Shown: one piece after another, positions 1-13,254 of the stretch
How the letters are laid out: each line of letters starts with the position of its first letter
Position numbering within the stretch: the stretch's first letter is position 1
NCBI RefSeq assembly: GCF_004010195.1
Contig: NC_057751.1
Span: forward strand, 6,580,863-6,644,862
DNA length: 64,000 nucleotides
From: Chiloscyllium plagiosum
Lineage: Eukaryota
Reading direction: 5' to 3'
The notes under the pieces: model-generated
What the model was told of the DNA's origin: nothing
The model's input: the letters and a program-made list of their open reading frames with translations, nothing else
The model's database searches: none
Made by a program: the position numbers and the translations under genes

Positions 1-1720
1 ACTGATTGGAGGTAATAGGCTGGGATGGAGTCATCCTGTTTTTTGTGTATAGTACATACCTGGGCAGTTCTCCAAATTGTTGGGTGGATGCCATTGTTGT
101 AACTGTGCTGGAAAAACTTGGCGAGAGGAACCAGAAGTTCTAGAGTATGAGTCTTCAGCAGTATTGCTGCAATGCTTTCAGGCCCCTAGCCTTTGCAGTA
201 TCCGGTGCCTCCAACTGTTGCTTGAGATCATGTGGAGTGAATCAAGTCGGGCAACAACTGGTCTATGTAATGGTAGGTACCCGCGGAGGATGCTGAGATG
301 GATTATCCACTCAACACTTCTGGCCGAAGATTGCTGTGAATGCTTCAAGCATAATTTTTGCAATGATGAGTTGAGCTCTTCCATCATTGAGGATAGGGAT
401 ATTTGTGGATCCTCCTTCTCCAGTGAATTGATTGATTGTCTGCCACAATTCATGACTGGTTATGGCAGCACTGCAGAGTTTAGATCTGATCCATTGATTG
501 TGGGATTGGTTTGCTCTGCCTATCACTTGCTGCTTGTACTGTCCGGCATGTAAGTACTCCTGTTTGGTAGCTTCATCAGGTCGACACCTAACTTTTCAGT
601 ATGCCTGATATATTCTGCACTCTCTATCGAAACAGGATTGACTCCCTGACTTGATGGTAATGGTTGAGTGTGGGCTATGGGGTTATGAGATTACCAATTG
701 TGCTGGAGTATAATTCTGCTGCTGTTGATGGCTCACAGCGGCTCATGGAACCCAGTCTTGGGCTGCAACATCTGTTTGAAATCTGTCCGATTTAGTACAG
801 TGATAATGCCATGCAACACAATGGAGGGTATTCTCAATGTGAAGGCAGGACTTCATCTCCACAAGGACTGTGCGCTGGTCACTCTTACCAACACTGCCAT
901 GGACAGCTGCTTCTGCATCTGATAGATTGATAAGGATGAGGTAATTATCTATATATTTGGGATGCTATCTAGTTAACAGAAGTGGTCAGATGACTCAAAA
1001 GGAGCGGAGCTGGGGGCTCAGTCTTGTTCCAGCTGTTGTGAGTGTGAGCATCTAAGATAAAATGGTCCTGTTTGGTGTTTTACATGTGCCTCCCTTGTGT
1101 ATAATTACTGGTTCCCAGCGAATGACCAACTTAACAGAGAACAAGCATGCTTTTCCCTCACTACTTCCCACAAACCCAGCCTGGCAGTTACATCCTTTAG
1201 GAACTGACCAGCTCAGTCAGTAATGCTGTTACTCTTGATGGTGAACGTGAAAATCCCCCACCCAGAGGACATTTTGCCAGCCTCAGTGCTTCCTCCGAAT
1301 GTTGTTCAACGTGGAGAAGTACTGATTCATTAGCCAAGGGAGGACAGCATGTAATAATCAGAAGGAGGCTTCCTTGCCCGTGTTTAACCTGAAATCATGA
1401 TATTTCATGGGGTCAGGAGTCAATGTTGAGGATTCCCAAGGCAATTCTTTCCCAATGCAACATCACTGTTCCACCATTTGTGCTGGGTCTGTCATGCTAT
1501 TGGGAGAGAACATATCCAGGGATGGTGATGGTAGTATCTGGGATTTATCAGAACACTTCCATGAATATGACTGTGTCAGGCAGTTGCTGGACTAGTCTAT
1601 AAGACAGCTCGCCCAAGTTTGGCATTCGCCCCGAGATGGTAGTAATGAGGATTTTGCAGGGTTGACAGGGCTGTTTCTGCTGTTGTCTTTTCCAATATTC
1701 AAGTTGGTACCACGAGGTCC
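1..1720 (-). mobile_element. Degenerate CR1/L2-group LINE ORF2 fragment (endonuclease to RT start), interrupted at about 940-1130
   Basis: Minus-strand peptides such as 'INQFTGEGGSTNIPILNDGRAQL...LEAFTAIFGQKC'. Reverse-complement similarity to the plus-strand copy at 10200-11650 (both contain the 'gcagagtttagatctgat' segment). Many stops and frameshifts. Confidence 0.75.
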
Positions 1721-2933
1721 ATGTATGCTTTTGTTATCCACAAAGGGATGCTCCAGTTTTCAATGTAACAGCAGTCTGAATTCAAAAGAAGTCATTACGG
1801 GTGAAGCAATGTGTTGTGACAAACTACACCTGAATATAAGCCTTTCTGAATAGGAGCATTATCACAAAGGAAATGCGATTCTGTATTTCTGAAAAAACCC
1901 TGATTACAATCTCCTGATGCTCCTCAGAAAATCTGACCCATTACAGCTATTTCCATTTATTCAATGAGTATGTTTGATCTATAGTCATCAATGTCTGACA
2001 ACTAATGAACATCAACTTTGAATCATGTGTACATAAAACATAATCTTGGCATCTTCTTTCCAGAAAAAGAAAACCAGAGCAATAGTTATCCTTGACAATG
2101 AGGAATAGCAGAATCTTGAACCTGCAAGGATAGCATTGTGCCAGTAGCATAGTACCAGTGGGTGTTTAACATTTCATTCAATGAAAATTGAAATGTCTGA
2201 GATTATTTCATCATCTTGGAAATCCTACTCTATTTACCTTCATTTTTTTGTTTATGCCACATGTCTTGCAAGCTGCTGTAACATGAGGTTCTGCTAGTGA
2301 ATTTGACTTGGCAACCTAGTGTGTGACCCTTAAAAACCACCATTTATTTCATTATGGGGTTCCTTCCTGTTACTTAGAGGAGTTACACAATTTGAAGAAT
2401 GTAGTCACGAAACAGGACAAGTGTAAGCAGGCCAACTCTCACTGAGACATTATATTGGACAGTTTTCTCCAATCTGCTGTCACTGACAGCTGTTAGCTTT
2501 TTGAGGGTTATCATGGTTTGGTTGAATTTATATACATTGTGCACTACTGAAGGAACATGAATGGAATGTTAATACTATGGTTTAGCATTGGCAAAGGACA
2601 GTGAGCAGGTGGTATATCTGTCTTCTTCGTAATGGTGAATGCTTCATGTTTTCTGCAGTAGGAATAAGGCAGTTGACAATTTTAGCATGCCCAATTTATT
2701 GCTGTTACCAAATAAGTCAGGATTGATGACAATTAGTATGATGGATGGTGTTCAGTTCAATTTAAGTTTCTGATGGAATATATTACAGTAGTTGTACACT
2801 ATAAACGTACAAACCATGAGTCCTGGCCCAAGTTGGGCACCGTGCTTGTTGTTGACAAACAACCTTTTCATTTTGGTACCTCAGATCTTCATGATTTCTG
2901 AAACTGCCAAAGTCAAATATCACAGATCTATTA

Positions 2934-3025
2934 GAGTCATAGAGTCATAGAGATGTATAGCACGGAAACTGACCCTTCGGTCCAACTTGTCCATGCCGAC
3001 CAGACATCCCAATCTAATCTAGTCT
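2934..3025 (-). mobile_element. HER1/CR1 LINE 3' tail fragment
   Basis: 'agagtcatagagtcatagagatgtatagcacggaaactgacccttcggtcc' matches the (CTATGACT)n-ending tail of the 11651-13254 copy. Confidence 0.85.
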
Positions 3026-4399
3026 ATTGTTAGAAGTTTCACTCCATCATTTGGGTCTCCAATTTGTTTGAGCTTTACACCATTTGTCAGGCCAGACTGA
3101 ATGGATTGTTGCTGGGCTCTTTGCCTCTATTAAGATTAACTTTATTTCAAAATAGTCAATTTCTTTCTTAAAATTATGGGGAGAAAACACCATCTTCAAT
3201 ATTACAAGGTTTTCATTAAATTTTTAAGCATTCATATGTGCATTCTATACTTAATCAACCAGGCTTTTTGACATCTCAGTTCAAATGCTGCTTCCTCATT
3301 GGTTGCATTCCCTCCAAAGTCAATCCATTATGCTTCACAACTAACTTGCTGGAATTTAATTAGTTGTATCTGTTGCATTACAAACTATTTATGTCAAAGC
3401 TGCAGATAATGTCTGTTAAAAATATGCCAATAATGTCCATTTAGTTCAGCTGTTCTTATCTCTTAAGGATTACCCGTCAACGTGTTTGCAAACTCAGCAC
3501 TTGAATTGGAATTGCCAACCTGAGGGTGAGTCTCATGGCGTATGTCTATCGCATCTAATCACACGCCAAGCCTGGAAATGTTCACCACTCATTGGATGTC
3601 AGCCATAAGACCAGCATCCCTTGAGGTGTGTCATCTTCAAGAGCCTGCAGAGTGGCATCTGGCATCTCAGAATCACAGAATCTTATGGCACAGAAGGCCA
3701 TTCAGCATATTGTCAATGCACCAGCTCTTCAAATGAACATCATTCCCTCATGCTAATGTCCTACTTTCTCCCCTGTATCCTTGTACTTCAATTCTTTCCA
3801 AATAATCATCTAATGTACTCTTGAATGCCTCAATTCAATGTGCATCCACCACAGCTCTTTTTCTGGCTCCTCCCTCCCCCAGATCAGTTGCTTTCTCATG
3901 ATTCCTCCTTCTCATTAACAATTTCCACCTTTTGAACATGCTGATGAAATAAAGTTGAGCAGTTAGTCTCATTCTACAGTATTTCAATCGAATGATCCCT
4001 AGGAAATCTTTGCTCTCTTTATCATGGTTCCACAGTCAAGATCAGATTTTATTCTTGAAAATGGGAAATTTTATTTTGCTAACTTCTATTTTCTTTTGAT
4101 GTCAGCATTAACCATCACATGTAAGGGATAGATATATTGATGCAAATGCTCAGAGACTCACAGCACAGCAAAATATCAGTTAACATAAGCAAGCACTTAT
4201 GAGAGTAAAATACTTTTAACGGGAAGATCAAAGATCATTTGATCTTCAGTCAGAAGCTAAGGTAGTTTGTTTTGCTTTTAAAACTAAATAATCAACACAT
4301 TGAATTGTCAAATGTAAGTGAGCACACAAATGAACTATGAATTTTTAATATACTCCAATCCCAAAAATGCTGACTCAGGCCAAGCTCAAATGTTTTTAT

Positions 4400-4850
4400 A
4401 GAATCGCAAGATCATACAATTGTTGCAGCACATAAGGCAATCATTTGTCTGTACCAGTTTTTCAATTGAGGAATCACTCAGTGCAGTTTTATTAGCTTTT
4501 CTCCAAAATCCCATACATTCTCCCTTTGCAGACAACAGTCGAATTCTCTACTGCATGCTGCAATTGAATCTGCCCCCACCACATTCTCAGGTAATATATT
4601 CCAGACCTTAAGCATTTGCTGCATGAAGTATTTCTTCCCCATGTCTTTTTTGCTTATTTTCTCAATTACTTGTACCCTGTTCCCTCTGGTTCTTGATGCT
4701 TTCACTTATGTGAACAGTTTCTGCATTTCTCCTCACTCTGGGTCACTGATGATTTTGAATACCTCGATTCAGTCTCCTCAGTTTTCTTTTCTGCAGAGAG
4801 AGACAGTCCTAATTTATCCAGCCTGTCTTTGTTACTGAGGTTCCTGGTCC
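4400..4850 (-). mobile_element. Old CR1 LINE 3' end
   Basis: ORF 4478-4705 (-) 'SRTRGNRVQV...FMQQMLKVWNILPENVVGADSI' resembles the CR1 ORF2 C-terminus (TRGH...F.QRV...WN.LP). Confidence 0.7.
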
Positions 4851-5156
4851 CTAGTCTTGGTCTTTCAACTTGCTGCAAATGTGAGGATTCATAATACAGT
4901 TTTGTTTCAAAATGCCTCCATTAATTAAAGAGAAAATGGACAACCTTAAGTGTGCATTCAACTTACTCCTCGCGCTCCTTGGAGCAAGCCCATGTGACAT
5001 CATCCTTGTTCTGTTGGGAATATCCATTGACTTAATGGCCAGTGGAAAGGGCCAATCAAATCTTGTTTAATAAATCAGAAGCTGTAACACCTGAACGCAA
5101 AGGAACAGGCAGCTGATGTTACTGTTGCCAGACTGACACCCTCAGAGGCTCTAGAC

Positions 5157-5177
5157 AGAGAGAGAGAGAGAGAGAGA
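5157..5177 (+). repeat. (AG)n microsatellite
   Basis: Run of about 10 AG units seen directly. Confidence 0.9.
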
Positions 5178-6329
5178 AAGACAAAGACCTACTGTGATAC
5201 GTGCAAAGCAAATGAGCAACAACCATGCGACCAAAATGATTATAAAGTCTGTTTCCAGTTTTTAAAGAAGTCAGAACAGAATTTTAGAGGTTTTAGAACC
5301 AAGAGGTCACCAAATTGTACATTATGATTTGGAAGTCTGTTTGATTATGCTCAGAAAATTGAACGAAGGGGACTATGTTTAAAAAACATTAAAAACTTAA
5401 CCAGCGTGGAGAAATGCACCTATTGAACTTTCAGAGTGGATTTGCACTTTGCTTTAAAATGCTACATTTGGCTGAGAGCCCAGTGAAATCTGTGAACACA
5501 ACATAGGTTTGCGATTGCATTTAAGAGGTCCCAAGAAATAGTTTTTCAGCAAGCAGCTAATACATGCCCTAACAAAATAAGGTTTGTCAACTCATTGTGG
5601 TTTATTTGTGACAGTAAAAATATTAAAACATGAATTCTTTTCATGTCATCCTTTTCATAGGTCACTGGGAAATTCACAACTCGTGATGGTTTTGCCAGGG
5701 GTTGTGACAAACTATCTATTCCTTACTTGTTAGTTTTGATGAATTGCTCAATCACAGTTGGAATCACAACCAAGTGTCATCCTATCCATCAACATGAACC
5801 TAATGGACTGAATGTCCTATTTCACAGCAGTAAATACTTTTTAATCACTGATGTCCAGGCATATGAACATCAGGCAGACTGTCATTAGAAATAGGATCCG
5901 TTGGTAACTTTGCTCTGAGCACCCAAGGTAAACTCAGCTAAATGTAGATTCCCAGCTGTTATCCAAGCGACATGCTTTAGCTCTTTCTTGTTTAGTTTTG
6001 AATATTGATATTTAAATAGTGAGCAACCAGCTGGGAGGCATTACTAAGACTGACAAGTCTGAGACAATTGAATAAACATCAGTGTGTACCGTCATCAACC
6101 CAATGTGCTTCAGCAATCTCATCTGCTAATTCAGTTCCCACACACTGTTGAGTTTAGTCAATCTTCAGAGTCAACTTCATTCAGTCATGTCATCAATGTT
6201 CAACATGTAAATAAAACTGTTCAAATTAAAATCAATGGAAATGGGAAGGCAGAATCCCAAAAGTGGCAGCATTTTTTTTAACGGGATTCAACTTACAAAA
6301 CAAGCCAACGAGTTTAAACTCAGTGATTG

Positions 6330-7465
6330 AGAAACTTCGAGCAATGTTAATTTAGAACAAAATTAATCATCACGTGAACAAATTCAGGTTAATAAGGTAA
6401 AGCCAGCACAGATTTTTAAAGGGCATTTCATGTCTAACTGAAAGGCAAGATTCTGCAATTGCTGGAAATCTGACAGAAAAATACAAAGCGCTGGAGAAAC
6501 TCAGCAGGTCTGGCAGCATCTGTGGGAAGAAGCAAAGTTAAAGTTTCTTGTCCTTTCTGATGAAGAGTCACGGGATTCGAAAGATTAACTTTGCTTTCTT
6601 CCCAGAGATGCTGAACATCTCCAGTAATTTCCGTTTTTGTTCCAATGACACTTCTTCATAGATTGGTGGAATCGGCAGACAATGGACTGATGAAATCAAT
6701 GTGAAGAAGTATGAAATGACTCAGTTTGATTGAAACAATGTGGAGAGAAAATAGCAGATAATGTATCCAACTCTAAAAGGTGGTGATATAGCAAAGGGAC
6801 TGGATGTATTTGTGCATAAATCATTCAAGGTGACAGGACAAGTGAAGGAGTTGTTCACGGAGTTGTTCACAAAGCATGTGGAACAATAAGCTTAATCAAA
6901 TAGGCACAGAGTAGAAAAACAAGAGAACTATGTTCAATTTGTGCAGAACACAAATTCAGTGTCACATGAAGTGTTGTACGTGGTTCCAGGCACCACATAT
7001 TTTGAAGGAGGTTGAAGGAGCTGCAGAAAGAATCGATTAAAGATTCAGGACAATTGTTCAAGAAATTGTCCCAGAATTCCAGTTGCGTGCATGGATGAGT
7101 GAAGTTGAAATCAATTTCCTTTGAGAAGATTGAGATGATATTTTCTTATAAGTGTTCAAAACGATGAGGGGTGAGGACAGACTAGTTCAGGTGAAACTGG
7201 CACCATTATTGATGGAAGAATTAAGCATACGGTATTAAGGTATTTGGCAAAAAGACATTATGGCAACATGAGGAGAAAAAGCTTTTGACACAGCAAATAC
7301 TCGGGACCTGGAACTGCACTGCCTGAACAGGTTATGGAGGTGCATTCTATCACGGCACTCAAGAGGGAATTAGATTATTTGAAGTAGAAGAACGCTCAGG
7401 GAGGAGGCTGGAGAGGGGCTTGAGGTATCAACATGAAAGGCCAAATGGTGCATGTTCTGTAAATT
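6330..7465 (+). mobile_element. Old CR1 LINE RT/3' region, interrupted by a palindromic PLE insert
   Basis: 'aggttaataaggtaaagccagcacagatttttaaagggcatttcatgtctaact' resembles the CR1 motif LI..SQHGF.KG.SCLT. Degenerate CR1 3' region follows to about 7465. Confidence 0.65.
6441..6643. mobile_element. Palindromic Penelope-derived short element with hammerhead-like core
   Basis: Left arm 'ctggagaaactcagcaggtctggcagcatctgtgggaagaagcaaagttaa' is inverted relative to right arm 'ttaactttgctttcttcccagagatgctg'. CTGATGA at 6557-6563, stem GAGTC/GATTC, GAAA at 6579-6582. Confidence 0.75.
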
Positions 7466-7577
7466 CTGCACAAAGTATTTGATAATTCCATGAAAAGATG
7501 TGCAAATTGTGAAACGATCTCTGGATTCATGTTTATTGTTCAAATAAACTGTAAACTCCAAATTTGACTGGTAACAC

Positions 7578-7810
7578 AATCACCTCTGAAGTAGAAGATT
7601 GCAAGTTCAAAGCCTGCTTCACTGCTTAATTCACAAGTAACACTCCAATAAATATTGCGGCTGGATGATTAGAATTGCTGCCTTGTGTATCAAGGTGTTT
7701 AGAGTCTAGTGTTCCAAAACATTCTCTGAAGAAGGGTAGAGTCTTTGCCTAGTCTCTTAGCTCACATTACATCCTCAACTACCACAAAAAATCATTATCT
7801 TTTTTATAAC
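7578..7810 (+). mobile_element. Degenerate DeuSINE-like (SacSINE1/AmnSINE1-type) fragment
   Basis: Similar in order and content to the better copy at 55071-55497 ('tcacctctga..agaag...gttcaaa', 'gaagaagggtagag...tagtctcttagc...atcctcaac'). Confidence 0.45.
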
Positions 7811-7831
7811 ATCAGGGTACTTGGTTTTCAC

Positions 7832-8786
7832 TGTTACAGAAGATTGAAGGACATTTACGACCTCAGTTGACCTAATTACTGGATAAATCAGATCCCAGAC
7901 TTAAATCCAGCTGGACAGATGATATTTTGTTTTGTTTTTATTTTAATGAGGTCGTCTCACACTTAACCAAAAGCACACAATGTTTCAGATTTGGTTTTAA
8001 GAAGAACACAAGCTTATTTCACACAAGAAACGGAGATACATTAGATTAACCCAAACTATTCACACACAACATGCGGTTAAAGATTTTGAAACATACTAAA
8101 TAAATATCATTAATCTCAAAAACACTCCTTCACAAAACTGAAAACACGTCTCTATTGTACTCAATTGCATCATACTCACAAAACTTTTTCACTTTTACCT
8201 TGTTCAGTTTAATTTTACTGTGACTTCAACTTTTAGTTTGGAAAATCTGATAGTTTCTTTGCTGGAGCTTTCATGTGTCTGAGTAACCATGTTCTCAGCT
8301 TCAAAGTACTTCTTCAGGGTTTTGTTTAAGCTTCTGGTCTTGAACTATTACTAAACTCTATCTTCTAAGTTATCCATTTTTACTGTCTTCTCCCTTTGTT
8401 GGGAGCATTATTTTATGTATGCATCTTCACCCAGACTTCCATAGGAACTGCTCCAAACTGAAATTAACCAAAAGAAAAACCTAAGTTTCAAGATGTGGGT
8501 GATTCCCCGAAATGTGACCAAAAACCAAGTCTGGAAGTTAAAAAGAAAACTGATGCACAAGTGTTTCCCTTGCAGGTTTTTAGAAAGCCCTAAGGTTTGC
8601 AACCCCCCACCCAAGCTGCATTTTTGTCAAGTTATTTTAAAAGAAATCTACTTGGATCCAAAATGTTAATCATTAAACCCTTCAGAGACACAGGGGAAAA
8701 AACCTTTTTGTCATTAATTCAAAGATCAAACATTCACACTTTAAAAAAAAGTTGAAATACATGTGAATCACTCACCCTATATCACA
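7832..8786 (-). mobile_element. Putative solo LTR
   Basis: Bounded by TGTTAC...ATCACA. Composition and layout resemble the other LTR-like elements in the window. No target-site duplication found. Confidence 0.4.
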
Positions 8787-8897
8787 GATAAGGGATTGGG
8801 GAGAAAGGTGGAGAGACAGAAAAGAGAAGGAGAGGACATGTGGAAGAGAGTTCCAATAAAAGCAATTGATATTATGTTATGCCTCCTTCAGAAATTT

Positions 8898-9130
8898 GCA
8901 GAAATTGCTGGAAAAGCTCAGCAGGCTTGGCAGCATCTGTGGAGAGAAATCAGAGTCAATGTTTCGGATCAAGTGACTCTTCCTCAGAACTGTTCTGAGA
9001 AAGGGTCACTCAATCCAAAATGTTAATTCTGACTTCTCCCCATAATGTTGACGCACCTGCTGAGCTTTTCCAGCAATTTCTGTTTTTGCTTTTGACTACC
9101 AGCAGCCGCAGTTCTTTTATTTTTTATTTA
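8898..9130. mobile_element. Palindromic Penelope-derived short element (two opposed hammerhead-like cores)
   Basis: Arms at about 8898-8990 and 8992-9083 are inverted about a centre at 8991 ('cctcagaac t gttctgag'). The minus core reads GTT-CTGAGGA-A-GAGTC-ACTT-GATCC-GAAAC-ATT. Confidence 0.8.
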
Positions 9131-9284
9131 ATACAACTATTTTGTTCGGAATTGGGAGTTGGGATTGGAATTTTCAGAAAGAAATGACTAAATATTCCTT
9201 CAAGTTTAGGTGAGGGGGGATCAATTGTACACCTTAAAAAGTAAAGGTGAGTTTTATCAGACCAAAGAGCTACTCCCTTATGAC

Positions 9285-9425
9285 AGAAAGGTGACAAGTG
9301 GTGGTTTTATCTGGGGGTCACCTTTGCCTCAGACAAGGGGAAAGGTTTAAAAGGGGAGTCCAGCTGGTGCAGGAATTGAACCCATGTTGTACACATCACT
9401 ATTATCACAAATCAGCCATCAAAGA
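9285..9425 (-). mobile_element. tRNA-derived SINE fragment
   Basis: 'ggaattgaaccc' is a Pol III box B (GGGTTCAATTCC) on the minus strand, with a degenerate SINE body. Confidence 0.5.
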
Positions 9426-10199
9426 TTAATGCAGTTGATTAGTGGAGATGTGGAGTTGGTGAAGTATTCTGTAACTTTGGTTTGGTTACCTTGAAGGATC
9501 TAATAACATGAGGTCACAGGTCTCCCTCAGCAAATTAGATGAGTGATAAAAGTTCATGATAGATCAGGTCTTACATAGTCTGTGAAATCAACTGCTGAGT
9601 GAGGTGAGTACCTTTTGCCAATCTACGGTTTTCATATTATTAACTACGAGTGAATACAGAGTAGTATAAAGGCATTAATCACAAAGCAGGTTTTTTTCAT
9701 CACAATCATCTGAACGTGATTCAAAGGCTTTACAAAACGTCAAGTGTTGCAGGTTTGCACAGAGATTCTTTGTGTTGCCAGTGCTTTCTATTCTTGCATT
9801 GTACATTATTGAACTGTTCTGCTGATGCCTTACTGTTCTGTTGTGGCTGAAGGATCCTTACACCTCCGAAATGGAGAAATCTCCCTCTTAACTGTTGTGA
9901 GAACCGTGTTTCAGATAATGTTTGTTAACCTTGACAAATACTTGAACAAACTGCTCACTTACCAATATTACGTCGAGAGTGAGGAAGCAAAAGGTCAGGA
10001 GGAAAAAAATCTTTACACGTCAGTGAGAAGAGCATGTATCAGTTGATGGATAGTTCACAGAACGGTGTCTGAATCAGAAAAGTACCAAGCTTTCTGCACA
10101 ATAACTCAATATTTCAAATTCAAAAGCTTATATTACTGGAATGAAGAGTGCAGTAGGGCAAGCCAGGAGCAGCTCCAGGCATATCTTAAAATGAGGTGT

Positions 10200-11650
10200 C
10201 AACCTGCAGAAGCTACTATTTATTTGCCTAAAAACATAAGCCACAAGGTGATGGATGGCCTAAGTTCTTCCACAACATATCAGATCTAAACTCTGCAGGT
10301 CTGCCACATCCTGTCATGAACATTTGTGGATAAATATACAACACACTGAAGGAGTTTGCTCCATAAATATCCTCATACCCATCGACTGGGGAGCCCAGCA
10401 CATCAGTGCATAAGATAAAGGCCATCTTCCATTGCAGCAATCTTCCACCAAAAAATTGGTGAGGGCAAGATCCATCTCAGCTTCCTCCAGAGGTCCTTGT
10501 ATCACAGATGTCAGTTTTAATCCAGCTCCATTAATTTACATGACATCAAGAAATGGCTGAAGGCACTGAGCAATGTAAAAGTTTGTCTTCCAGAAATGTA
10601 CTTGTCTTCAACCAGGCTGTTCCAGTCAAGTTACAATATTGGTGTCTGAGGGAAAAGTGGAAAATTGCCCAGGCATGTCCTGCACACAACAGCAGGCTAA
10701 ACCTAACCCGGCCAATTAGTGACCCATCGGATTATTCACAATCATCAGTAAAGTGATGGAAACGTTATCAATATAGAATCAAGCAGCACTTGCTTAACAA
10801 TGACTTGGTCACTGACGCTCAGTTTGAATTCTGCCAAGGCCACACAATCCAGAACTTATTACAGTCTTAGTTCAAACATGGACCAAAGAGCTGAACTCCA
10901 GAGAAGTGAGCTGAGTGACTGCCTTTAACATCAAATCTGTATTTGACTGAATGTGACGTCAAGGAGCCCAAATAAAATTTTAGCGAATGCGAATAAGGGG
11001 GAAAACTCTCATTTGAAAAGATGATTGTGGTTGTTTGAGGTAATTCGTCTCAGCACCAAGCCACTCATGCAGGAGTTTCTGATACTCGTGTCCTCGGTCC
11101 AACCATCTTCAGCTGCCAATGACCTTCCTTCATGAGGTCATAAGTAGGATATTTGCTAATGTCTGTATAAAGTTCAACACCACTCAGGAGTCCTAAACAT
11201 TGAAGCAGTCAATGTCCAAATGCAGCAGCAGCTGGACAATAAAGAACAATATTGGCATCTACCCAGCAATGCGGAAAATTTGCCCAGGTATGTCCTGTAC
11301 ACAAAAAGCAGGACAAATCCAAGTTGGTCAATTCCCACCCAATCAGTCTACCCTCAGTCATCAGTCAAGTGACGCAAGGTTAAAAAGCAGCATTTGCTCA
11401 ACAACAACTTGCTCGCTAATGCCCAATTTGAGTTCTTCCAGGGTCACTCAGCTCTGACCTCATTACAGCCTTGGTTCAAACATTGACAAAAGACCTGAAA
11501 TCCAGAGGTCAGGTAAGAGTAATGGCCCTTGACATCAAGGTCTCATTTGAGCAAGTATGGCATCAAGGAGTCAGCACAATGGGTATCACTAGGCAAACTC
11601 TCCATTGGTTGGAGTCATACTTGTCACATTGGAAGTTGGTTGTGGTTATA
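10200..11650 (+). mobile_element. CR1/L2-group LINE RT region, two overlapping tandem pieces (junction at about 11240)
   Basis: Peptides 'WKIAQACPAH', 'MVQTLTKDLKSRGQVRVMALDIKVSFEQVWHQG...LHWLESYLSH'. The 'ggaaaatt(t)gcccagg' segment occurs at about 10660 and again at about 11275. Confidence 0.8.
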
Positions 11651-13254
11651 CAGTCATAGAGTCATAGAGATGTACAGCATGGAAACAGACCCTTCAGTCC
11701 AACCCGTCCATGCCAACCAGATATCCCAACCCAATCTAGTCCCACCTGCCAGCACCCGGCCCATATCCCTCCAAACTCTTCCTATTCATATACCCATCCA
11801 AATGCCTCTTAAATGTTGCAATTGTACCAGCCTCCACCACTTCCTCTGGCAGCTCATTCCACACATGTATCACCCTCTGCGTGAAAAGGTTACCCCTTAT
11901 ATCTCTTTTATATCTTTCCCCTCTCACCCTAAACCTATGCCCTCTAGTTCTGGTCTCCCCCACACCAGGGAAAAGACTTTGTCTATGTATCCTATCCATG
12001 CCCCTCATTATTTTGTAAACCTCTATAAGGTCACCCCTCAGCCTCCGCACTCCAGACAAAACAGCCCAAGCTTGTTCAGCCTCTCTCCACAGCTCAAATC
12101 CTCCAACCCTGGCAACATCCTTGTAAATCTTTTCTGAACCCTTTCAAGTTTCACAACATCTTTCTGATAGGAAGGAGACCAGAATTGAATGCAATATTCC
12201 AACAGTGGTCTAACCAATGGCCCGTATAGCCACAACATGACCCCCCAACTCCTGTACTCAATACTCTGACCAATAAAGGAAAGCATACCAAACACCTTCT
12301 TCACTATCCTATCTACCTGCGGCTCCACTTTCAAGAAACTATGAACCTGCACTCCAAGGTCTCTTTGTTCAGCAACACTCCCAAGGACCTTACCATTAAG
12401 TCCTGCTAAGATTTGCTTTCCCAAAATGAAGCATCTTGCATTTATCTGAATTAAACTCCAAGTGCCACTTCTTAGCCCATTGGCCCATCAGATCAAGATC
12501 CTGTTGTAATCTGAGGTAACCTTTTTCATTGTCCACTACACCTCCAATTTTGGTGTCATCTGCAAACTTACTAATCATACCTCTTATGCTCACATCCAAC
12601 TCATTTATATAAATGACAAAATGTAGTGGACCCAGTGCCAATTCTTGTGGTACTCCACTGGCCACAGGCCTACAGTCTGAAAAACAACCCTCCAACACCA
12701 CCATCTGTCTTCTACCTTTGAGTCAGTTCTGTATCCTAATGGCTAGATCTCCCTGTATTCCGTGAAATCTAACCTTGCTAACCAGTCTTTCATGGGGAAC
12801 CTTGTCGAATGCATTGCTTGCTGAAGTCCATATAGATCATATCTACTGCTCTGCCCTCATCAATCCTCATAAAGCTCAATCAAGTTTGTGAGACATGATT
12901 TCCCACGCACAAAGCCATGTTGACTATCCCTAATCAGTCCTTGCCTTTCCAAATACATGTACATCCTTTCCCTCAGGATTCGCTCCAACAACTTGCCCAC
13001 CACCGACGTCAGGCTCACTGATCTATAGTTTCCTGGCTTGTCCTGACAACCCTTCTTAAAGAGTGGCACCATGTTAGCCAATCTCCAGTCTTCCGGCACC
13101 TCACCTGTGACTATCGATGATACAAATATCTCAGCAAGAGGCCCAGCAAATACTTCTCTAGCTTCCCACCGAGTTCTAGGATACACCTGATCAGGTCTTG
13201 GGGATTTATCCACCTTTATGCATTTCAAGACATCCAGCATTTCCTCCTCTGTCA
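11651..13254 (-). mobile_element. HER1-type CR1 LINE, 5'-truncated (RT plus 3' tail), relatively young, nested in the older LINE
   Basis: Minus ORFs give 'KSPRPDQVYPR...NYRSVSLTS...SQHGFVRGKSCLTNL', 'SGVPQ...FADDTK', 'LVRPLLEYCIQFWSP' and 'TRGHRFRV...WNELPEEVVEAG'. (CTATGACT)n tail at 11653-11670. Confidence 0.92.
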
